Source: an uncultured Patescibacteria group bacterium
Lineage (GTDB): Bacteria; Patescibacteriota; Microgenomatia; UBA10105; UBA927
DNA: 64,000 bases
Assembly: GCA_937921305.1 (NCBI GenBank)
Contig: CAKZSU010000007.1
Coordinates: 45,330 to 109,329, forward strand
Reading direction: 5' to 3'
Under the pieces are notes generated by a model. That model was given only the letters and a program-made list of their open reading frames with translations, did no database searches and had not been told where the DNA came from. Positions within the stretch are counted from its first letter, which is position 1. The number at the start of each line of letters is the position of its first letter. Position numbers and translations under genes: made by a program. Positions 38,496-47,885 of the stretch are shown here, one piece after another.

Positions 38496-39655
38496 ATGGT
38501 GAAATATCTATCCTCATTCTTTCTCTTTCAAATCATTCTTTATACATGGATGATTTTGATGAGATATGCTGTTCCATTTCATGTTGAACATTTCAATAAC
38601 TTTCATAATAAACATTTTGAAACAGAACTGAGAGATAAAGTTCCTAAAAATTTCTTTAAAAATCTTGTTATATACGATGCGAAGTGGTATTTGTTTTTAT
38701 CGAGTCGCTTTTATGAAACTCCGACATCAGAAGATTTTGAAAACCCTCCATATAGCAGACGTGTCCTACAGTTCGCATTCTTCCCACTCTATCCATTAAC
38801 ATTGTCGATGTTTCACAACATATCTCCTTTTCAAAACATTGAAACATCGGCATTTATTGTTTCAATAATTCTTCAAATCGCGACATCAATAATTATGTTT
38901 TTATTTATAAAACGTATTGCAAATGAAAAAATTGCACTATATACATCGCTTCTTCTGTTCTTTGCTCCATTTAGCATTTTTTTCGTTCGTATTACACAGA
39001 GATTCTTTTTCTTTTCCTCCTTGTGTTATTTTGTTTCTTTGTTTTTAACAAGCAGTATATTATTGCTGCTTTTTTTCTTGGATTGCTTACTGTAACAAGA
39101 GGAACAGCAATACTTCTTCTATCTTTATTCAGCGTATATCTTTTGCTCGAATACAAAAAGAAACACATTCGATTAATATATCTATTTATCTCAATGGTGA
39201 TATCAATACTTCCAATTACTTTATGGATGGTTATATGTTACCAAAAAACAGGAAATCCGATATTTTTTATCTCAGTAAAACAATATTGGCTTCACACAAC
39301 ATTTCCACTTTTAAGAATTATTCATGCGTTTAGCATTTATCCATTTCTTCCTTTTCATACATTCCATGCATCAAAACTAGATGCCTTCATGATTGTGCTT
39401 ATTGGATTTCTTCTCTATAAAAGCAGAATGTCGATTCCGCGATTTCTTTGGTGGATTGGATTTTGTTTATGGATTACTCCGCTCCTAAGTCACGATACGA
39501 TGTCATTTTCTCGATATCAAAGCGTAAATTTCCCTATATTCCTTTATTTAGCATTGATTATGAAACGGAGTATGTTTCTTACTTCGTTTATTGCATCGTT
39601 TGCCTTGTTGGCAATTGTTTCTCTCTTATTCTTAAATTACCATTGGATGGGATAA
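38496..39655 (+). pseudogene. PIG-V/GPI-mannosyltransferase-like GT-C glycosyltransferase split by one frameshift
   Basis: YDAKWY, AFFPLYP; adding one T to the T7 run at 38977-38983 restores IFFRSYYTE and joins the two ORFs; later SFSRY motif. Confidence 0.75.
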
Positions 39656-39658
39656 TAT

Positions 39659-39871
39659 ATGGAATACATTGGAAAACTTCTTCTTGTCGCAGGAATAACA
39701 CTATCCGTTGTCGGCGTCTTTTTCGTCCTTGGAGGAAAACTACCGTTTTTGGGAAAATTGCCAGGCGATATTGTGATTGAGAAAGAAGGTTTCTCATTGT
39801 ACGCGCCGATTACCACATCAATCATGATTAGCATTCTTCTTTCGATTCTTTTTTGGTTGTTTCGACGATAA
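39659..39871 (+). CDS. DUF2905 family small membrane protein
   Basis: LGKLPGDIVIE..YAPITTSIMISILLS. Confidence 0.85.
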   Translation: MEYIGKLLLVAGITLSVVGVFFVLGGKLPFLGKLPGDIVIEKEGFSLYAPITTSIMISILLSILFWLFRR

Positions 39872-40975
39872 CCATGTATTGTACGCTTCTTCAACGAATG
39901 ATGAAAGCTCATTCTTAAATCGCTCTTTGGAAAATTCTTTCGCTCGTTTCCTGCACGCATTTTCCCAATCAACGGACATCCGCTCAAATTTCTGAATCGC
40001 TTGAACAAACGCGTCAACAGACAGATCGGGAACCAGCAATCCCGTAACCCCATCGATAACTGTCTCTTTCACCCCGCCGCTTGCAAATGCAATCACGGGA
40101 ACGCCATGCGCCATCGCCTCAACCGGCACCATGCCAAAATCCTCATCTATTGCGCAAAAAATCAACGCTTTCGCGCGCGCGTATATCTCGGGCAACATGT
40201 CGTCTGGAACGCTTCCAAGAAATGCAATAGTTGAACCCGCAATCCGCCGAAGCGACGCTTCCTCTTTCCCTGTCCCAACGATCTTTAATGGCAAAGATAA
40301 GTTATTACATGCTTGAATCACGATATCGACACGCTTCGCGTACGCCAAACGACCAACACAGAGGTAATACTCACGATCTTGCCAAGTCACTCTGTGCGAA
40401 TGAGGAGAAATGTGAATAGGCGGATAGATCACCATACTGTCTCTCCGATAAAACTTTTTGATTCTTCGAACGGTTTCTTGCGAATTCGCGATTAGATAAT
40501 CCACGCGTTGCGCTGTTTCATAATCGTATTGACGAAGAAAAAAATTCACAAAAAACGCGTACCAACGAACGATCGCATGGCGTTGAAAAGAGCTGCCAGT
40601 TGCATATCCGTACAAATTCCTTGGCGGATGATGGATATACGATATGTGAAGCGCGTTTCTCTTCCTTATCCCTCGACAGATAAACCAGCCGGAAGAAGAA
40701 AGAATAACATCAAAAGACGAGAAATCAAACGATTCCCATACATATCGAGCAAGAAATCGCAACGGCGAATGAAGTTTTCTTACAATAATATTTTGTTGTA
40801 TCCAACTTGTCCGAATATCCCACGAACGAAATCGATCCGCGTGTATCCCAAGACCATCCCAATCCACAAACGATGTATATACTGGTGCGCCAGGCCAGAT
40901 CTCGCGCATGCATTCAAGGACTCGCTCGGCTCCACCATACTCCCGAAGGTAATCGTGAACAAGCGCAATTCTCAT
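39818..40975 (-). CDS. Glycosyltransferase family 4
   Basis: ALVHDYL..GGAERV, EDFGMVPVEAMAHG. Confidence 0.92.
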   Translation of the reverse strand: MRIALVHDYLREYGGAERVLECMREIWPGAPVYTSFVDWDGLGIHADRFRSWDIRTSWIQQNIIVRKLHSPLRFLARYVWESFDFSSFDVILSSSGWFICRGIRKRNALHISYIHHPPRNLYGYATGSSFQRHAIVRWYAFFVNFFLRQYDYETAQRVDYLIANSQETVRRIKKFYRRDSMVIYPPIHISPHSHRVTWQDREYYLCVGRLAYAKRVDIVIQACNNLSLPLKIVGTGKEEASLRRIAGSTIAFLGSVPDDMLPEIYARAKALIFCAIDEDFGMVPVEAMAHGVPVIAFASGGVKETVIDGVTGLLVPDLSVDAFVQAIQKFERMSVDWENACRKRAKEFSKERFKNELSSFVEEAYNTWLSSKQPKKNRKKNANHD

Positions 40976-41526
40976 ATTGTGGATGATTTTCCATGAAGTA
41001 ATGCATCAAGATGCGCAATCGCGTCTTGCGGAGAATCAACAACAGCAAGTACCTCTTTCAAATCTTCTTTCAAAAATCCTTCGCGTTTCATTGTCTCATA
41101 TTGCGATAGTAATCCCTGATAAAATTTATTGGTATTGACAATAACAATTGGCTTGTTGTGATATCCAAGAATTTTTTGTTCAATAAGTTCCGACAACTCA
41201 TCAAGCGTTCCCGTCCCACCAACCAACGCAACAAACGCGTCTGCTTTTTCTCTCATCAACTTCTTTCGTTCATTTAAATCACTTGCGATAATCATTTCAT
41301 GCGCGCCTTTTCTTGCCACATCTTTTAATACTTCAACCGACACGCCACATAGCGTCCCTCCATTCGATTCAACGCTGTCCGCCAATGTTTTCATGAGACC
41401 AGTGTTCGATCCTCCCCACACTACCCCATATCCATAAGACGCGAGAAGTTTGCCAAACGACTCCGCAGCATCTTGATAGATAGTACCAACATCAAGCGCC
41501 GAACAAAACACGCAAATATATTTTAT
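40972..41526 (-). CDS. LOG family (TIGR00730) nucleotide phosphoribohydrolase
   Basis: ICVFCSA, WGGSNTGLM, ERKKLM, GGTGTLDEL; start codon uncertain. Confidence 0.88.
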   Translation of the reverse strand: MKYICVFCSALDVGTIYQDAAESFGKLLASYGYGVVWGGSNTGLMKTLADSVESNGGTLCGVSVEVLKDVARKGAHEMIIASDLNERKKLMREKADAFVALVGGTGTLDELSELIEQKILGYHNKPIVIVNTNKFYQGLLSQYETMKREGFLKEDLKEVLAVVDSPQDAIAHLDALLHGKSSTI

Positions 41527-41535
41527 ATTCCTCCT

Positions 41536-42495
41536 TCAAGGAAATAAATCTAATTGATTGCGATTTATCATGTGTGCATCGCCTTGTTCTTCTTGACTAT
41601 TCTTTACCGCGTCGAGTTTCATAATTCGCTTTACCAGCGAAACAAACCCTAATTTATAAAACAACTGAATCGCTTGATTCGCGTCAAAAGAAAATGACGA
41701 AATTTCTTCTTTTTTCAAATCAATTGGAGTGTCTGTTCGTATCATCGCAAGCGATTTTGCCAACAACGCGTGATCTTTTCCTTCGCGAAGCGCGCATTTT
41801 ATTTTATTAGATAATCGCGCTTCTTCCAAGTGCATGTAAATGGCCTCTAACGAACCATACTCATGAAGAAGAGATATCGCGGTTTTTGGTCCAATACCTG
41901 CAACACCTTTATAGTTATCAGACGAATCGCCACACAGCGCTTTAAAATCAACAACTTGACTCGGACGAACACCAAGACGATGCGCAACATCATCTTCTCC
42001 ATACAATTTCCCTTCTGACAATCCTTTTATAGGCATGTAGACATACACATCATGATCGCGAACCAATTGCAAAATATCTCTATCTCCTGTAACAATGATA
42101 ATCTGATCAATTCCATACTGTTTCTTCTGTTTAGACACTATTCGAACGATCGTCCCAATCACATCGTCGGCTTCATACCCAACAGCATCTCGCAAAGGAA
42201 TGCGAAACGCTGATAACACATCTTTCACAAGAAGAATTTGTCGGACAAAGTCTTCATCTGCTTTTGGACGCTGAGCTTGATACTCAGCGTAAAGATGATT
42301 GCGAAATGTCGGTTCGGGACGATCAAATGCGGCAACAATACCCACAGGATGAAACTCTGAGAAAAGTTTCAAAAACATAGAGAGAAATCCATACACCGCA
42401 CCAACCGGCAATCCCTCGGGGCTTGTCAACGGGGGAAGCGCATGATAAGAGCGATAAAGAAGCGCGTGAGTATCCAAGATAAGAAGTCTATTCAT
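41536..42495 (-). CDS. Standalone 5'-3' exonuclease/flap endonuclease (PolA N-terminal type)
   Basis: LYRSYHALPPL, EADDVIGT, TGDRDILQL, GDSSDNYKGVAGIGPKTA; ends QLDLFP. Confidence 0.9.
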   Translation of the reverse strand: MNRLLILDTHALLYRSYHALPPLTSPEGLPVGAVYGFLSMFLKLFSEFHPVGIVAAFDRPEPTFRNHLYAEYQAQRPKADEDFVRQILLVKDVLSAFRIPLRDAVGYEADDVIGTIVRIVSKQKKQYGIDQIIIVTGDRDILQLVRDHDVYVYMPIKGLSEGKLYGEDDVAHRLGVRPSQVVDFKALCGDSSDNYKGVAGIGPKTAISLLHEYGSLEAIYMHLEEARLSNKIKCALREGKDHALLAKSLAMIRTDTPIDLKKEEISSFSFDANQAIQLFYKLGFVSLVKRIMKLDAVKNSQEEQGDAHMINRNQLDLFP

Positions 42496-42518
42496 AGCAA
42501 TATTTTATGCGCGCAGCA

Positions 42519-44393
42519 TTACACTCGTTTCTTCGGACCGCCAAGAAGCTGTTCAAACTCTTCAGCTTCTATGGTTTCGTGATCAATGAGCGCTTCGGCG
42601 ATCGCATCGAGCTGTGTTCTATGTTTTTTGAGAATACCTTCCGCAAGTTCGTATCCTTCGTGAATAATACGCTGAATTTCTTTGTCAATTTCGGCCTGCA
42701 TCGCCGGAGAGATATGATTATGTTCCATTAGACTTTTTCCCCACTCTGTCACATCTTGATTCGGTCCGTAATTCACTGGACCAAGTTTGCTCATACCAAA
42801 TTCCATCACCATATATCGGGCAACTCTTGTCGCTTGGCCTATGTCATTTGCCGCACCGCTAGTTAGTTCATTAAAAATAACCTGCTCCGCTGCTCTTCCA
42901 CCCATCATCACCGCGATTTCTTCAATAAGCTGAGATCGCGTTTCGTGCAACCTATCTTTCTCTGGAGGCGTTAACGTGTACCCAAGTGCCATTCCTCGAG
43001 ACACAATGCTAATCCTATGGACCGGATCGGTATGCGGCGTATAGTAATTGACCAATGCATGTCCCGCTTCATGATACGCGGTCATTTTCCGATCAAGATC
43101 GCTTTGCAATCGTTTTTTCTCTGGCCCGAGCTTTACTTTCATCGCCGCTTCTTCAATATCTTTGCTGTCAATTTCCTTTTTCCCTTGTCTCGCGGCGAAA
43201 ATCGCAGCTTCGTTTAACATGTTTTCCAAATCCGCTCCCGAGAACCCAACCGTTCGCTTCGCAACTCTATCCCAATCAACGGATGACGCAAATGGTTTTC
43301 CTTTCGCGTGGATTTGTAGAATAGCTTTTCTCCCCTCAATATCCGGAAGATCCAAAACCACCCGTCGATCAAATCTCCCCGGTCGCGTCAACGCTGGATC
43401 AAGCAAATCTCCTCTATTCGTCGCGGCAACCACCATGACCGCAGTGTTTGGTTCAAACCCATCCATTTCCACAAGAATTTGATTTAATGTTTGCTCTCGC
43501 TCGTCATGACCACCGACAATCCCCATGCTTCTCATTCGCCCTATGGCATCAATTTCATCAATGAAAATAATCGATGGCGCGTTTTTCTTCGCGTTTGCGA
43601 AGAGATCGCGAACACGCGCCGCGCCAACGCCAACCAACATTTCCATAAATTCCGATCCGGCAATACTATAAAACGGTACCCTTGCTTCTCCTGCCATGGC
43701 TTTCGCAAGAAGCGTTTTTCCTGTTCCGCTTGGACCGACAAGAATGACACCTTTTGGCGTTCGAGCGCCAAGAGTTTTATACTTTGCCGGATTCTTAAGA
43801 AAATCCACAATCTCTTCTAGCTCTTTCTTCGCTTCGTCAACGCCTGCAACATCGGCAAACGTCACTTTTGGAAGGTCTTTATTCCAGACTCGAGCTTTAC
43901 TTTGCCCAAAAGAAAAAATACTATCCTGCGCTCCGCGCGCCTGGCGAAACAAAAAAAGGAAGAACGCGACAGTCAATACAAGCGGAAGGACATTCGTAAG
44001 CAATCCTATCCACAACTGCCCCATACTTAAGTCTCTAACAGTAATTTCTACAGACTTTAGATCAATGCCTACGGATTCAAAAATTTTTATCAATGAATCA
44101 CCCGCTTCTTTTCGTGAAATATACCGTTCTCCACCTTTTGTTTCGACAAGCAATCGGGTTTCTTCGACTCGTATTTTTGCAATGTTTCCATCTTTCACCT
44201 CTTGAAGCACAGTGGACAACGGCTTCTCCGCAAGAAATGCGGCGTCTCGCGACATATTTCCTAAAAAAGAAAAAAGAATAAGCAATATAAAGAGGAGAAT
44301 AAAGATATTTTTTAGGTTAAATTCAAACTTAAATTCCCAAAATCTCTCTGACTTTTTGCCGTTTTTCATTATTTTTTTCACTTTTTCCGCCAT
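42519..44393 (-). CDS. ftsH: ATP-dependent zinc metalloprotease FtsH
   Basis: Two TMs, [25 protein letters not shown]. Confidence 0.97.
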   Translation of the reverse strand: MAEKVKKIMKNGKKSERFWEFKFEFNLKNIFILLFILLILFSFLGNMSRDAAFLAEKPLSTVLQEVKDGNIAKIRVEETRLLVETKGGERYISRKEAGDSLIKIFESVGIDLKSVEITVRDLSMGQLWIGLLTNVLPLVLTVAFFLFLFRQARGAQDSIFSFGQSKARVWNKDLPKVTFADVAGVDEAKKELEEIVDFLKNPAKYKTLGARTPKGVILVGPSGTGKTLLAKAMAGEARVPFYSIAGSEFMEMLVGVGAARVRDLFANAKKNAPSIIFIDEIDAIGRMRSMGIVGGHDEREQTLNQILVEMDGFEPNTAVMVVAATNRGDLLDPALTRPGRFDRRVVLDLPDIEGRKAILQIHAKGKPFASSVDWDRVAKRTVGFSGADLENMLNEAAIFAARQGKKEIDSKDIEEAAMKVKLGPEKKRLQSDLDRKMTAYHEAGHALVNYYTPHTDPVHRISIVSRGMALGYTLTPPEKDRLHETRSQLIEEIAVMMGGRAAEQVIFNELTSGAANDIGQATRVARYMVMEFGMSKLGPVNYGPNQDVTEWGKSLMEHNHISPAMQAEIDKEIQRIIHEGYELAEGILKKHRTQLDAIAEALIDHETIEAEEFEQLLGGPKKRV

Positions 44394-44462
44394 AACACAT
44401 CCTCAAAAGGGAAAATAATTGTATGAATACTGAGTATATCACGAAGAAAACACGAGATAAAG

Positions 44463-45809
44463 CTAGCGAATAAACGCGCCAAGCGGAAATCCTTCTGCGG
44501 ACAAAAATTTCGGCTTGTTGTCCTCCGCTTCAACAGCAAGAATCATGCCATTTGATTCTTCACCCATCATCTTTTTGGGAAGAAGATTTACCACAAAGAA
44601 AAATTGTTTCCCTACAAAATCGTCTTTTGTATATCCATACTGACGAACAGCGGTAAAGACAACTCGCTCTTCATCGCCAAAATCCACTGTAAGACGGATG
44701 AGTCGATCGCTTTTTTCTGGATAATTTGCATCAATAACCTTTCCCACTTGTTGTTTCACATGGAGAAAATCATCAATCGTAATATATTCATCGCACGATT
44801 GCTTCGTTGTGCTATAGACTGTCTTTAGACCAATCGCGTGTCGAACTTCCTCTATTGTTTGATTTGCAATCTCTCTTGCTTTCGCCGTTCCGCGCTCCAG
44901 TATTCGCCGAACCTCATCGGGACGATGCTTTAATGTTTCATATCGTTTTCGTGGAGCGTCGAAATGTCGGAAAATCGATTGATATAAATATTCCTTCGCT
45001 TCGATATCACCCATCCGTCCCTCTTTATATCGCTCCTCCATTCTGTTTACCTCGTCTGGTTCGCCAAAAAATCGTAAATAATAAAAGACCATATTGCCTT
45101 CAATATGTCCGGGATCATTGACATGTCGCTTTGATGGATCGGTAAAACAAGAAAACACTTGTTTGCGAATAACATCCTCTCGCTCAAATATCGCGATGAT
45201 GTTGCCGAGCGATTTACTCATTTTTCGCTTTCCGTCTGTTCCCGGGATCACCGCAGTATCTTCCGAGATATATGGTTCTGGCAAAGGAAATATTGCTCGG
45301 TATCGCCTATTGAATCGCTCTGCGATGTCCCGCGCGATTTCTACATGTTGCTTTTGATCTTTTCCAACGGGAACAATATCTGGTTTATATAAAAGAATGT
45401 CACTCGCCATCAACACCGGGTAGGTAAACAATCCCACATTGATTTCGTCATCGCTTGCGTCTTTTGAAAGCTTGTCTTTGTACGCGTGAGCGCGCTTGAG
45501 AACACCTAGTGGGGTTAACGTGTTAAATATCCATGTAAGCTCAGTGTGCACTGCGATATCTGATTGACGGAAAAAATACACATGCGGCATATCACCAATC
45601 AGCGCAAGCTCATTTAGGATTAATTCTTCTATATTTTTTTGAAGCGTTTGCTTGTCATGAACAGTCGTCAACGCATGAAAATCCGCAAACATGAATAAAC
45701 ATTCATGCGTCTTTGCAAGCGAAATAAACTGCTTTACCGCACCCAAATAATTTCCAATGTGAAGACTCCCATCTCCGCTTGGTGTGATTCCAGAAAGAAG
45801 TCGTTTCAT
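44463..45809 (-). CDS. trpS: Tryptophanyl-tRNA synthetase with C-terminal tRNA-binding OB fold
   Basis: HIGNY, YPVLMASDIL, VPVGKDQKQH, KMSKS; C-terminal ITIDDF..VVNLLPKKMMGEESNGMIL. Confidence 0.93.
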   Translation of the reverse strand: MKRLLSGITPSGDGSLHIGNYLGAVKQFISLAKTHECLFMFADFHALTTVHDKQTLQKNIEELILNELALIGDMPHVYFFRQSDIAVHTELTWIFNTLTPLGVLKRAHAYKDKLSKDASDDEINVGLFTYPVLMASDILLYKPDIVPVGKDQKQHVEIARDIAERFNRRYRAIFPLPEPYISEDTAVIPGTDGKRKMSKSLGNIIAIFEREDVIRKQVFSCFTDPSKRHVNDPGHIEGNMVFYYLRFFGEPDEVNRMEERYKEGRMGDIEAKEYLYQSIFRHFDAPRKRYETLKHRPDEVRRILERGTAKAREIANQTIEEVRHAIGLKTVYSTTKQSCDEYITIDDFLHVKQQVGKVIDANYPEKSDRLIRLTVDFGDEERVVFTAVRQYGYTKDDFVGKQFFFVVNLLPKKMMGEESNGMILAVEAEDNKPKFLSAEGFPLGAFIR

Positions 45810-46299
45810 ACAATTTTTATCAATTTTACCTCTGTTTTTAACTTTTATTCCTACTTCTCTATCTTTGCTTCCGCACTATTAATTTACTTCTTAAGTTTAT
45901 ATTTAAAATTGCATACTCGAACAGTTTCTGCGTTTTTAATTGATTTGACTTTCTCTATATTATCATTGCTAATGATTTTTTTCAGCATTCTTCATCAAAC
46001 TTACACGATCTGAAAACCATGGTTTCTTTCTATCAGTTGATGCAAACCCACATACTTGCTTCTTTTGATATCAGGTGCATTGTCTAATATTTTGTTCATT
46101 ATACTCAGCTAAACAAGCACATTGGTGTTCTTCGTTCTCATTTGAAGACAAAAGAACTTAAAAAGCTGTTTTAACTACTAATACTAGATACCCTTGGGAA
46201 AACAAACAATAAACAATAAAAAGAGGCAACAAGGATAGGAGAATAAAGGTTTTAGAGGAATTCTAAAAGCTTAATTCGCTCACAAAGCACACAGTGTAA

Positions 46300-46700
46300 A
46301 TACAGTTTGTCTCGTAATACTCATTGATATTCATGATAGACGATAAATTCATTTACCATTTGTCTAAAGCTCAATAGATGAAGGGCGGTTGAATAGAGTA
46401 GTCTGACCGATACAATGACTCGCATATGCGGGCATACAACCAAGAAGAAACTGGACGATATGGGCATTTCCCATTATTTTTCAGATCTCTATTCTCCCCA
46501 ACAGAATGGAAGAGAGGAAGGGTTCCACCAAGCATGAATACATGAATGATTAAAACGATCTGTTGCCCGATCTGACAATAATCACTCCAATGGTGCGCTG
46601 TATTGAATGAACAATACAATAACTAAAAGGTTTCATCAATGTATTAGTTACAAAATGCCGGAGAAATACGGCGCTCTGTACCAACAACTAGGAGATCAAC
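46300..46700 (+). pseudogene. Eroded DDE (rve/IS481-IS3-like) transposase remnant
   Basis: + strand fragments LDDMGISHYFSDLYSPQQNGREEGFH and KRFHQCISYKMPE resemble the integrase-core PxxNGxxER and RPH..L.Y.TP motifs; many stops; boundaries approximate. Confidence 0.55.
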
Positions 46701-46734
46701 CATTCTCTATCTCTAGAGGATGAAAACAAGGCTG

Positions 46735-46821
46735 TTGACTTACATCACTTATTAGTTTATCATTTAAGAAGTAAGAAGTGCAAAATGAAAACAATTAAAG
46801 TATTCTAAAAAATAGGAGGAA
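46735..46821 (+). promoter_or_regulatory. Sigma70-type promoter and strong Shine-Dalgarno site for a pilin gene
   Basis: TTGACT 46735-40, 17-nt spacer, TATCAT 46758-63; AGGAGG shortly before ATG 46827. Confidence 0.6.
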
Positions 46822-46826
46822 AGCAT

Positions 46827-47192
46827 ATGAATATTATTCAAAAAATATTAGCACAAAATCAACAAACACAACTTAATAAGGGATCGACGATAATAGGTAT
46901 AAATCAACCAGAAAATTTTAAAGTTTCTGATGTTGGAACAGCAATAAAAAATGTTATAAATGCCTCGCTTGTCATAGCAGCTTTAGTTGCTTTTATTTAT
47001 CTCATTTTGGGGGGAATTCAATGGATAACATCTGGAGGAGACAAATCAGCAATGGAATCGGCAAGGAACAAAATTACCCAAGCCATAGTTGGACTTATCA
47101 TCGTTGCGGCGGCATACGCAGTAATGAATCTTGTGTCTTCATTCTTAGGTCTGAACATCACTAACTTAGATATAGGAAATATTTATAAATAA
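46827..47192 (+). CDS. CPR-type pilin
   Basis: GGIQWITSGGDKSAMESARNKITQAIVGL. Confidence 0.85.
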   Translation: MNIIQKILAQNQQTQLNKGSTIIGINQPENFKVSDVGTAIKNVINASLVIAALVAFIYLILGGIQWITSGGDKSAMESARNKITQAIVGLIIVAAAYAVMNLVSSFLGLNITNLDIGNIYK

Positions 47193-47455
47193 ATCATCAT
47201 AAGTAAAGATAACAAAAAAAAATTTTAAATTATAAGTATAAGTTGCAACGATTTATAACAAAATAGACTATTTGCAATTAAAATCATCTAGATGTACATA
47301 GTTAATAGTTCAAGCTCATTAATTATAGAGAGTGAAGGATAACTAATTTATGGATTTTTCCATATCTCATATTCGATTGTAATGAAAGTGTGATTTTTCC
47401 CAGATTTTGTTTTACTAATCTCTTTAAAAATCTAATCTCTTTAAAGATAAATAAA

Positions 47456-47878
47456 ATGAGAACAAGATTGTTCATAACATTTCTTTTTGTCACTATTCTT
47501 TTTTTCATAGAAACAAAAACTAAAGCGTATGCCAACTCAACCTGGGAAAATTGCTTATATGATGGTGCCGCAACGATTCAATGCTTTGTTCCCCTTTTTG
47601 GAAGCATTGTTACAGCAATCGTCCAAATCGCCGGCGTTGCACTATTTATTATGTTTATAATATCTGGATATAACTTTTTAATGTCAGGAGGAAATCCAAA
47701 ACAACTGGAACAAGCAAAAAATACATTAACTTATGCTATAATAGGAGTTGTTGTTATTGTAAGCGCATACCTTATTTTGCTTATCATAGGACAATTTACT
47801 GGTGTAGATGTGACACGATTTGAAATACCAGACAGACTAAATGATTCCTCAAGGACACAAACCAACAAAGTAATCTAA
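47456..47878 (+). CDS. CPR-type pilin
   Basis: Signal peptide, C..ATIQC, SGGNPKQLEQAKNTLTYAIIG. Confidence 0.8.
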   Translation: MRTRLFITFLFVTILFFIETKTKAYANSTWENCLYDGAATIQCFVPLFGSIVTAIVQIAGVALFIMFIISGYNFLMSGGNPKQLEQAKNTLTYAIIGVVVIVSAYLILLIIGQFTGVDVTRFEIPDRLNDSSRTQTNKVI

Positions 47879-47885
47879 GTAATCC

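Noticed and set aside
41536-41538. UGA recoding (code 25) fusing the exonuclease and LOG
   Set aside because: TGA ends many clear genes here, long ORFs have no internal TGA, and the QLDLF motif is naturally C-terminal.
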